Shown here piece by piece: positions 8,287 through 16,449 of a stretch of DNA of 20,000 bases. The notes beneath the pieces were generated by a model. That model was not told the origin of the DNA. It did not search any database and was given only the letters and a program-made list of their open reading frames with translations. Every line of letters begins with the position of its first letter. The stretch's first letter is position 1. The stretch lies in the sequence record DRR723986_1863; one strand, 5' to 3'. The position numbers were made by a program, and so were the translations under genes.

Positions 8287-9585
8287 ATGACTCAGGCTCT
8301 TTTTGCGGACAACTACAAGACGACACCATACTGGCAGGATATCGCGCCCAAACTCGCACTGCCGGATACCGGCTTGCCGGCAGAGGTCGATGTGTTGGTG
8401 GTTGGCGGTGGCTACACCGGCCTGAACGCCGCACTGCAAACCGCCCGTGAAGGCCTCGGCACACTGGTTCTCGATGCGGAAGATCCGGGTTGGGGCTGCA
8501 GCATGCGCAATGGCGGCCAGCTTTCGACCAGCCTCAAGCCGTCCTTTTCCAACCTGGCGGGCCGTTACGGCAGGGAGCTCGCCACCCAGCTTTGCCTGGA
8601 AGGCCAGGCGTCTCTTGACTACATGCACGCACTTTCAAGGGAAGATGGACTGGAGATGGGCCTACGGGAAACCGGCCGCTTCCACGGCGCCCACAAGTCC
8701 CATCTTTACGAGAGCCTTGCCAGAGACTGTGCCGCCGGACACCCCGTGTGGAAGACCGATGCCTTCATGGTGCCGAAAAGCGACATGGCACGGGAGCTTG
8801 GGACCGACGCCTATCATGGCGGTATCGTCAATCCGCGTCATTGCAGCATCGATGTCAGCAAATACCATCCTTCACTGTTGAACAAGGTGCTGGCGGAAGG
8901 CGCGATGGTGCGCGGCAAGTGCCGGGTGGTGTCGCTTGAACGCGAGACGTCAGGCTTCAAGGTCCTGACAAGCGACGGCTCCCTCAAGGCAGGCAAGGTC
9001 GTTCTGGCGACCAATGGTTACTCAGCCCCCCTGTCTCCCTGGCTTCAGCGACGGCTGATCCCGATCGGCTCCTACGTGATCGCGACGGAAGAAATCCCCA
9101 GTGAAACGATTGACCGGCTGTTTCCGACGGACCGGGTCCTCTCCGACACCAGAAAACTGGTCTATTACTACCGGCTGTCCCCCGACAGGAAGCGCGTGCT
9201 GTTTGGCGGCCGGGTCTCCTTGAGCGAAACGGACCCGCGCAACAGCGCGCTCAAGCTCCACCGCGATATGACAGCCCTCTTTCCGGAACTTGGCTCCGTG
9301 CGGATCAGCCACGCCTGGATGGGGTTTGTCGGCTACACCTTCGACACGCTCGCCCATGCTGGCGAAGACAACGGCCTGTTTCACGCGGGCGGCTATTGCG
9401 GGTCCGGGGTAGGTATGGCGAGTTATCTCGGCATGCGTATGGGCCAGAAAGCTGCCGGCCGTGAAAAATCACTCTCCGCTTTCGAGAAGATCCCCTTCCC
9501 GACCCGGCCGCTATACCAGGGCAATCCGTGGTTCCTGGCACCATCGGTGCTGGTCTACCGGCTGCGGGACAGGTTCGGCATCTGA
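8287..9585 (+). CDS. FAD-dependent amine oxidoreductase, DadA/PuuB (DAO) family
   Basis: DVLVVGGGYTGL FAD motif, GWGCSMRNGGQ, VVLATNGY, YYYRLSPD-R-LFGG, HAWMG and GYCGSGVGMA motifs. Confidence 0.9.
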   Translation: MTQALFADNYKTTPYWQDIAPKLALPDTGLPAEVDVLVVGGGYTGLNAALQTAREGLGTLVLDAEDPGWGCSMRNGGQLSTSLKPSFSNLAGRYGRELATQLCLEGQASLDYMHALSREDGLEMGLRETGRFHGAHKSHLYESLARDCAAGHPVWKTDAFMVPKSDMARELGTDAYHGGIVNPRHCSIDVSKYHPSLLNKVLAEGAMVRGKCRVVSLERETSGFKVLTSDGSLKAGKVVLATNGYSAPLSPWLQRRLIPIGSYVIATEEIPSETIDRLFPTDRVLSDTRKLVYYYRLSPDRKRVLFGGRVSLSETDPRNSALKLHRDMTALFPELGSVRISHAWMGFVGYTFDTLAHAGEDNGLFHAGGYCGSGVGMASYLGMRMGQKAAGREKSLSAFEKIPFPTRPLYQGNPWFLAPSVLVYRLRDRFGI

Positions 9586-9646
9586 TTGGGGTCAGCCTCT
9601 CGGTGGATGGCCTTCTTGCGCTACACCCCTTGCCAGCATTTCATAC

Positions 9647-10561
9647 CTAAGACTGGGCGGGCGCCGGCACATCGGCAAGCAGGCGCACCAGCCAGTCGAC
9701 GAAAACGCGAACCTTGTTCGAAAGGTGCCGGTTGGGCGGGTAGACGATATAAAGCGGAATGGTGTCGGCGGACCATTCCGTCAGCAGTGGCACGAGATCC
9801 CCGCGCTTCAGCTCTTCCCGCACCATGAAGTCAGGCAGCTGCGCGATGCCGTGACCGGCAACAGCCGCCGCCACATAGCTGCGGGCATCGTTGACCGAGC
9901 AATGATAGCGTCCGTCGACCAGAATTTCCTCACCGTCCTTGCGGAAGGTGAACGGGTGCGTGCGTCCGGTGGCGGCAACGAAATAATTGACGCAATAGTG
10001 GTTCGCCTTCACGTCTGCCGGGGTTTCCGGTGTACCGGCCCGCTCCAGGTAGGAAGCTGCCGCGCAAGTGGTCAGGCCGACCTCCGCCACCCGCCGTGCA
10101 ATCAGCGACTGATCAGCCGGAGCACCACCGCGCAAGGCACAATCGACATTCTCTGCCAGGTAGTCGACTGTCCTGTCACCGATCCCGAGGTCGATCCGGA
10201 TGTCCGGATATTTTTCGTAAAAACCTCCAAGCTCCGGTATCACGAACCAGTCGGCAAAGGCCCCTGACATTTCCACGCGCAGTCGCCCACCCGGATTGCT
10301 CTGGGCCTGGGACAGGCTGGCATCAAGTTCGTCGACCTCCGAAACGATCTGAACGGCCCGCTCATAATAAAGCGCGCCGTCCGTCGTCACGATCACGCGC
10401 CGCGTTGTCCGGTTGAGCAATTTGGTCTGCAGATGTTTCTCGAGATTCTGGATCAGGTTGGTAACCGTCGCCTTCGGCATCTGAAGGGAATCGGAGGCTC
10501 GGGTGAAATTTCCTGTTTCAACCACCCTCACAAAGGCGCGCATGGCGGAGAGTTGATCCAT
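9647..10561 (-). CDS. LysR-family transcriptional regulator (CrgA/DmlR-like)
   Basis: MDQLSAMRAFVRVVETGNFTRASDSL...LEKHLQTKLLNRTTRRV HTH; C-terminal VYPPNRHLSNKVRVFVDWL. Confidence 0.95.
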   Translation of the reverse strand: MDQLSAMRAFVRVVETGNFTRASDSLQMPKATVTNLIQNLEKHLQTKLLNRTTRRVIVTTDGALYYERAVQIVSEVDELDASLSQAQSNPGGRLRVEMSGAFADWFVIPELGGFYEKYPDIRIDLGIGDRTVDYLAENVDCALRGGAPADQSLIARRVAEVGLTTCAAASYLERAGTPETPADVKANHYCVNYFVAATGRTHPFTFRKDGEEILVDGRYHCSVNDARSYVAAAVAGHGIAQLPDFMVREELKRGDLVPLLTEWSADTIPLYIVYPPNRHLSNKVRVFVDWLVRLLADVPAPAQS

Positions 10562-10592
10562 TTCTGGGCGTCCTGATCAAAAAATAGGCTTA

Positions 10593-10652
10593 TTATTCGA
10601 AAATTCGAATAGTGAAACCAATAATACACCCCTTATTCCAGAGTTGGAACAA
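10593..10652. promoter_or_regulatory. Two related palindromic sites, probable LysR operators, in the divergent promoter
   Basis: TTATTCGA-AAAT-TCGAATAG (10593-10612) and TTATTCCA-GAGT-TGGAACAA (10633-10652), 40 bp apart in an AT-rich spacer. Confidence 0.55.
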
Positions 10653-10728
10653 CAATACCTATCGGACATGCAAGAGAGCTGGTGTACCCAGTTCTCAATT
10701 AACCAACTGACACGAAACGGCGCTGAAA

Positions 10729-11526
10729 ATGACGGTGCAGATCAAGGACATGACACTCGACAAGGTGGCCATCGGCCCCGTGGCGGCACGTGTCTACCAG
10801 GGTGCCGAATACAGCAAGTCGCCACCAGTCCTGATCTATTTTCATGGCGGCGCTTTTCAAGGCACCGTCCCGCAGGAAAGCGAGTTTGCGCATCTCATTG
10901 CCGAAACCGGCGCCATCGTGGTGATGCCGGATTACAATGTACCGCTTGGCAGCGTCTTTCCGAAGCCGCTGGAAACGGGTTTTTCGATCTTCTCCTATCT
11001 GGCGAAAAAGCGCGCCGGCCTTGGGAACCGGAAATCCCTGCTTCTTGTCGGCGGCGTCGAGGCTGGCGGCAACATCGCCGCAGCGGTCGCGCTGAAGGCA
11101 CGGGATCATTTCGCCGATGAACTTGACGGACAGATCCTTCTGTCACCCCTGCTTGATCCTTTCATGGGCTCTGCATCGTTTGAGAAGGCCGGCGAGTTCG
11201 GCATGAAGGACATCTGGGCCGACGGCTGGAGCCACTATCTCAGCACCGGCATGTGCCACCCCTATGCGGCCCCATGCATGTGCTCACGCCTGACCGGCGT
11301 TGCCCCCGCGCTTGTTCTGTCTTCTCAGGACGATCCGCTCAAGGACGAAACACTCGGCTTTGCGACCTGCCTGAAAAATGCAGGCGTTGAAGTTCACCAG
11401 CATGTTCTCCCCGCCGGGACAGGCTGGCCATCACTCTACGGCGGAAAGACGGACGAGACCCCATCCTGGCAAGAAACCGTAAGCACGCAATTTTCCGGTT
11501 TCGTGCAGTCCGTCAGCGTCCACTGA
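10729..11526 (+). CDS. Alpha/beta hydrolase-fold protein (HSL/Aes-like, LlpE-like position) with degenerate catalytic triad
   Basis: LIYFHGGAF oxyanion motif, VVMPDY, nucleophile elbow GVEAGGNIA (canonical GDSAGGNLA), QILLSPLLD, DDPLKDE. Confidence 0.85.
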   Translation: MTVQIKDMTLDKVAIGPVAARVYQGAEYSKSPPVLIYFHGGAFQGTVPQESEFAHLIAETGAIVVMPDYNVPLGSVFPKPLETGFSIFSYLAKKRAGLGNRKSLLLVGGVEAGGNIAAAVALKARDHFADELDGQILLSPLLDPFMGSASFEKAGEFGMKDIWADGWSHYLSTGMCHPYAAPCMCSRLTGVAPALVLSSQDDPLKDETLGFATCLKNAGVEVHQHVLPAGTGWPSLYGGKTDETPSWQETVSTQFSGFVQSVSVH

Positions 11527-11585
11527 TTTGATATCCAAACCCTTCTGAAGGTTGTGTTTTCAGCAGGGTTTCCAAGGAGAGACCA

Positions 11586-12776
11586 ATGACATCAAGAAGC
11601 AAGCGCTGGGCCCTGACGGGCGCCAGTCTGGCAGTTGCTGTCTCTGTTTCAGCCGCTGTCCTCATCATGAACCTTCCGGCAAGCAGCCCTGCAACCGCCG
11701 CAGGCGGTACAGTCGCCATCCCGGCGGTGCCGGTGACCGTTGCCGAGGTCAAATCCCGCGAAATAACCGTGTGGGAAGATTTCTCCGGCAGGCTCGAAGC
11801 CGTTGACCGGGTGCAGATCCGCTCCCGTGTGGCCGGCTCCATTCAATCCGTCGATTTTCGTGAAGGCGCATTGGTGGAAGCAGGTGACCTGCTCTTCACC
11901 ATTGACCCGGCTCCCTACGAGGCCGCCGTCGCTCAAAGGGAAGGTCAGGTTGAACTTGCGCAAACGCAGCTCAACCTCGCCAAGCTGGAACTGGACCGTG
12001 GCAACAAGCTGATCGAAAACCGGACCATCTCCCAAAGCGTTCTCGACCAGCGCCGCAACACCTACGCCGAAGCACAGGCCAACCTCAGAACCGTCAAGGC
12101 AGCTCTCAGGTCGGCCAAGCTGGAACTTGGCTATACAAAGGTGCTAGCACCCGTGTCGGGTCGTGTCGGCAAGATCGAGATCACCGTCGGCAATCTCGTT
12201 GCCGCGGGCTCCGCGTCGCCGGCATTGACAACCCTTGTCTCTGTCGATCCGATCTATGCAAGCTTCAACGCAAGTGAAGACCTGGTCTCGCGGGTTCTGG
12301 CCGAGTTGCCGCAGACAGATGCTGCGGTGCCGCCACTGGACATGATCCCCGTCGAAATCGAAACCTCGTCAACCGCCGGACACCCGGTGAAGGGCAAGCT
12401 GCAGCTGGTCGATAACCAGGTCGACGCCGTCAGCGGCACCATTGGGGTCAGGGCAGTCTTCGACAATCCGGGCGGCAGGCTGATCCCGGGTCAGTTCGTG
12501 CGCATCCGCATGGGTGAGCCACGGCCGGAACAGAAGGTCCTGATCAGCGAACGCGCCATCGGCACCGACCAGGACAAGAAATATGTCTATGTCGTCGGTG
12601 ACGACAACAAGGTGGCCTACAGGCCGATCGACCTTGGCAGGACCGCGGAAGGTGCACGTATCGTCGACAGCGGCCTCGAACCGGGTGAACGGATCGTCGT
12701 CAACGGCCTGCAACGGATCCGCTCTGGTGCACTCGTCGATCCTCAGCTCGAAAACGACGTTGCCGCTGCAAACTGA
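11586..12776 (+). CDS. RND efflux periplasmic adaptor (MFP), MexE/BpeE-like
   Basis: AAGGAG RBS; FSGRLEAVDRVQIRSRVAG, FREGALVEAGDLLFTIDPAPY, APVSGRVG, DNQVDAVSGTI and GERIVVNGLQR motifs. Confidence 0.93.
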   Translation: MTSRSKRWALTGASLAVAVSVSAAVLIMNLPASSPATAAGGTVAIPAVPVTVAEVKSREITVWEDFSGRLEAVDRVQIRSRVAGSIQSVDFREGALVEAGDLLFTIDPAPYEAAVAQREGQVELAQTQLNLAKLELDRGNKLIENRTISQSVLDQRRNTYAEAQANLRTVKAALRSAKLELGYTKVLAPVSGRVGKIEITVGNLVAAGSASPALTTLVSVDPIYASFNASEDLVSRVLAELPQTDAAVPPLDMIPVEIETSSTAGHPVKGKLQLVDNQVDAVSGTIGVRAVFDNPGGRLIPGQFVRIRMGEPRPEQKVLISERAIGTDQDKKYVYVVGDDNKVAYRPIDLGRTAEGARIVDSGLEPGERIVVNGLQRIRSGALVDPQLENDVAAAN

Positions 12777-12899
12777 GTGAACAGGTGGAGTGCAAGGCGC
12801 TCCACCTCCCCTCTTCAACAATTCAAGTCATGATTGCCGGTGGCGGCGCCACCGGCCGGGGACGTGTTGTCCCGATTTCCGACCGGAAAGGGCCTGGAT

Positions 12900-15800
12900 A
12901 TGAATATCTCGAGATTCTTCGTCGACCGCCCGGTCTTTGCCGGTGTGCTGTCTGTCCTCATCCTCATCGCCGGCCTGATCGGTCTGCGGGCGCTGCCGAT
13001 CTCAGAATACCCCGAGGTGGTGCCGCCATCGATCGTCGTGCGCGCCGCCTATCCGGGGGCGAACCCGAAGGTCATTGCCGAGACGGTGGCAACACCGCTG
13101 GAAGAACAGATCAACGGTGTCGAGGGCATGCTCTACATGTCCAGCCAGGCGACCTCTGACGGCGTCATGACACTCACGGTCACGTTCGAGCTCGGCACTG
13201 ATCCCGATCAGGCCCAGCAGCTTGTTCAGAACCGTGTCTCGCAAGCCGAACCCCGTCTCCCGGCGGAAGTACGAAGCCTTGGCATAACCACGGTGAAAAG
13301 TTCACCCGATCTGATGATGGTCGTTAACCTGACCTCGCCGGACAATCGCTACGACATCACCTACCTGCGCAACTATGCCGTCCTCAACATCAAGGACCGG
13401 CTGGCCCGCCTGCAGGGTGTCGGCCAGGTGCAGGTGTTCGGTTCCGGCGATTACTCCATGCGTGTGTGGGTCGACCCTCAAAAGGCGGCCGGCCATAACC
13501 TGGCAGCCAGCGACATCACCAACGCCATTCGTCAACAGAACGTGCAGGCCGCAGCCGGCATTATCGGCGCTTCGCCAAACCTGAAGGGTGTCGACGTTCA
13601 GCTCAGCGTCAATGCGCAAGGTCGTCTTCAGACACCGGAAGAGTTCGGCAACATCATTGTCCGTACCGGTAAAAACGGTGAGGTCACCCGGTTGCGCGAC
13701 GTTGCCCGGATCGAGCTCGGTGCAGCTGATTATTCCCTGCGCTCCCTGCTCGACGGCAAACCGGCCGTCGCCATTCCTGTGTTCCAGGCACCCGGTTCCA
13801 ACGCAATTGCCATTTCCGATGCAGTGGTCGAGACCATGAACGACCTTCAGGTCGCCATGCCTGACGGCGTCAAATACGAAATCGTCTACGACACCACAAA
13901 GTTTGTTCGGTCCTCCATCGAGAAGGTTGTCGACACGCTGCTGGAAGCCGTTGTGCTTGTGGTCCTCGTCGTGATCCTGTTCCTGCAGACATGGCGCGCA
14001 TCGATCATTCCGCTGATCGCCGTGCCCGTGTCGATCATCGGCACCTTCGGCGTCATGTATGTTTTCGGCTTTTCCATCAACGCTCTCAGCCTCTTCGGAC
14101 TGGTTCTCGCCATCGGCATCGTGGTCGATGACGCGATCGTGGTCGTTGAAAACGTCGAACGAAACATCGAAAACGGGCTGAACCCGCGCCAGGCAACCTA
14201 CAAGGCCATGAAGGAAGTCTCCGGACCGATCATCGCCATTGCACTGGTGCTTGTGGCGGTGTTTGTCCCGCTGGCCTTCATCACCGGCCTTTCGGGTCAG
14301 TTCTATCGCCAGTTCGCACTGACGATCGCAATCTCGACTGTCATCTCGGCCATCAACTCGCTCACTCTGTCCCCGGCCCTGGCCGCCCTTCTCCTGAAAG
14401 ATCACCATGCGCCCAAGGACTGGCTGACACGTTCGATGGACTTCCTTTTCGGCTGGTTCTTCAAGGGCTTCAACCGGGCCTTCGGCGCCGGGTCAAACGC
14501 CTATGGCAAGAGCGTCGGCGGCCTGTTGTCCCGCAAGACCATCGTCATGGTGGTCTACATGGCACTTGCAGGGGCAACCTACAGCCTCTTCACAACAGTC
14601 CCCGGCGGCTTCGTGCCGGCACAGGACAAACAGTATCTGATCGGCTTTGCCCAGCTCCCCGACGCTGCCACGCTGGACCGGACCGAAGACGTCATCCGCC
14701 GGATGAGCGAGATCGCCATGGAACAGGAAGGTGTCGAACACGCCATCGCCTTCCCGGGCCTGTCGATCAACGGCTTCACCAACTCTTCCAACGCGGGCAT
14801 CGTCTTCGCCACCCTGACGGATTTCGAGGAACGCAAGTCTCCGGAATTGTCCGGCGACGCCATTGCGATGCAGCTGAACCAGAAGTTCGGCACGATCCAG
14901 GACGCGTTTATCGCCATGTTCTCGCCGCCGCCTGTTCAGGGCCTTGGCACCACCGGCGGGTTCAAACTGCAGATCGAGGACCGGGCAGGTCTCGGCTACC
15001 AGGCACTTGACGCGGCCAACAAGGCCTTCCTGGCGAAAGCCTATCAGACGCCGGAACTGGCTGGATTGTTCTCCAGTTTCCAGATCAATGTGCCCCAGCT
15101 TTATGCGGATCTTGATCGCACCAAGGCGGAACAGCTCGGCGTATCGGTAACGGACGTATTCGAGACGCTGCAGATCTACCTGGGTTCACTTTATGTCAAC
15201 GACTTCAATGCCTTCGGTCGCACTTACAGTGTCCGGGTGCAGGCGGACGCCCAGTACCGGGCGCATGCCGACGATATCGGCAAGTTGAAGGTCCGCTCTG
15301 CCACCGGCCAGATGATCCCGCTCTCCGCCCTGTTGAAGGTGGAGGCCACCACCGGGCCGGAACGGGCAACCCGCTACAACGGTTTCCTTGCGGCTGACAT
15401 CAATGGTGGCCCGGCTCCCGGGTTTTCCTCCGGCCAGGCCCAGGCAGCGGTCGAGCGGATTGCGGAAGAAACCCTGCCCAAAGGCATTGCCTTTGAGTGG
15501 ACGGACCTGACCTACCAGCAGATCCTTGCCGGCAGCTCCGGGTTCCTGGTCTTCCCTCTGGCCCTGCTTCTGGTCTACCTGGTGCTTGCCGCCCAGTATG
15601 AAAGCCTGATGCTTCCGGTGGCGATCGTCATGATCGTACCGATGGGTGTCCTTGCCGCCCTGACGGGCGTCTGGCTGACCCATGGCGACAACAACATCTT
15701 CACCCAGATCGGGTTGGTGGTGCTGGTCGGGCTTTCGGCGAAAAACGCGATCCTGATCGTGGAATTCGCAAGGGAACTGGAATTTGAAGGCCGAACGCCG

Positions 15801-16088
15801 GTTGAAGCGGCAGTCGAAGCCAGCCGGTTACGTCTGCGCCCGATCCTGATGACCTCGATGGCCTTCATCATGGGTGTGGTTCCGCTGGTGCTGTCCACCG
15901 GCGCCGGTGCGGAAATGCGAGCCGCGATGGGCATCGCGGTCTTCTCCGGCATGATCGGCGTGACCTTCTTCGGGATCTTCATGACGCCGGTGTTCTACGT
16001 GCTGGTCCGCAAGCTCTCGGGCAATCGCCCGCTTGCGCAACACGAGGAACCAGCAGAGCAGCCGCAAGCTCAGAACACGGCCGCTTGA
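12900..16088 (+). CDS. RND efflux inner-membrane transporter (HAE1), MexF/BpeF/OqxB-like
   Basis: Start reassigned to ATG 12900 (MNISRFFVDRPVFAGVLS); proton-relay motifs GIVVDDAIVVVENVER, KNAILIVEFA and RLRPILMTS; about 1062 aa. Confidence 0.95.
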   Translation: MNISRFFVDRPVFAGVLSVLILIAGLIGLRALPISEYPEVVPPSIVVRAAYPGANPKVIAETVATPLEEQINGVEGMLYMSSQATSDGVMTLTVTFELGTDPDQAQQLVQNRVSQAEPRLPAEVRSLGITTVKSSPDLMMVVNLTSPDNRYDITYLRNYAVLNIKDRLARLQGVGQVQVFGSGDYSMRVWVDPQKAAGHNLAASDITNAIRQQNVQAAAGIIGASPNLKGVDVQLSVNAQGRLQTPEEFGNIIVRTGKNGEVTRLRDVARIELGAADYSLRSLLDGKPAVAIPVFQAPGSNAIAISDAVVETMNDLQVAMPDGVKYEIVYDTTKFVRSSIEKVVDTLLEAVVLVVLVVILFLQTWRASIIPLIAVPVSIIGTFGVMYVFGFSINALSLFGLVLAIGIVVDDAIVVVENVERNIENGLNPRQATYKAMKEVSGPIIAIALVLVAVFVPLAFITGLSGQFYRQFALTIAISTVISAINSLTLSPALAALLLKDHHAPKDWLTRSMDFLFGWFFKGFNRAFGAGSNAYGKSVGGLLSRKTIVMVVYMALAGATYSLFTTVPGGFVPAQDKQYLIGFAQLPDAATLDRTEDVIRRMSEIAMEQEGVEHAIAFPGLSINGFTNSSNAGIVFATLTDFEERKSPELSGDAIAMQLNQKFGTIQDAFIAMFSPPPVQGLGTTGGFKLQIEDRAGLGYQALDAANKAFLAKAYQTPELAGLFSSFQINVPQLYADLDRTKAEQLGVSVTDVFETLQIYLGSLYVNDFNAFGRTYSVRVQADAQYRAHADDIGKLKVRSATGQMIPLSALLKVEATTGPERATRYNGFLAADINGGPAPGFSSGQAQAAVERIAEETLPKGIAFEWTDLTYQQILAGSSGFLVFPLALLLVYLVLAAQYESLMLPVAIVMIVPMGVLAALTGVWLTHGDNNIFTQIGLVVLVGLSAKNAILIVEFARELEFEGRTPVEAAVEASRLRLRPILMTSMAFIMGVVPLVLSTGAGAEMRAAMGIAVFSGMIGVTFFGIFMTPVFYVLVRKLSGNRPLAQHEEPAEQPQAQNTAA

Positions 16089-16108
16089 ACCCGGACCAAA
16101 TGAAAAGA

Positions 16109-16144
16109 AAAACGCCCTGGAAGCATTCGTTTCCAGGGCGTTTT
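16109..16144 (+). terminator. Rho-independent terminator (potentially bidirectional) of the RND operon
   Basis: AAAACGCCCTGGAA-GCATTCGT-TTCCAGGGCGTTTT, 20 nt after the stop codon. Confidence 0.85.
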
Positions 16145-16401
16145 GTACTTGAGCAGCCCTTCACCGGCGTGAGGAATGCAATCAGCTGGCGTCAGAGTCG
16201 GCCGCACGCACGCTCCATGCGATCAAGGTAAGATCTAAACGCCTCCCCCGATACCCCCCGTCACGCAAGGTCGCCGCACTCAGAACACCCCTCACATCCC
16301 TGAGATGCAATGCCGGCAACGACACCCAAATTGCGGGTTCCCGCAAATGGATTGCGTGAATTGACCTGTCATATTTGGTTTCTGGCCGCGTAACGTGACG
16401 T

Positions 16402-16429
16402 GCCACAAGTTGGCTAGCCAACTTGTGGC
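16402..16429. promoter_or_regulatory. Perfect 28-bp palindrome upstream of dctP, putative operator
   Basis: GCCACAAGTTGGCTAGCCAACTTGTGGC is its own reverse complement and ends 20 nt before the dctP ATG. Confidence 0.6.
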
Positions 16430-16449
16430 GATGTATGTGGGAGGAAAAC

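Noticed and set aside
9461..10267. 268-aa plus-strand ORF
   Set aside because: Antisense shadow of the LysR gene.
12834..12899. N-terminal extension of the RND protein
   Set aside because: The family N-terminus starts at MNISRFFVDRP (12900); the extension lies in the hairpin-rich spacer.
13302..14408. 368-aa minus-strand ORF
   Set aside because: Antisense shadow of the RND transporter.
16361..16430. Sigma70 or sigma54 promoter call for dctP
   Set aside because: TTGACC has no plausible -10 box at 16-18 nt, and the TGGC motifs lack a properly spaced TTGC.
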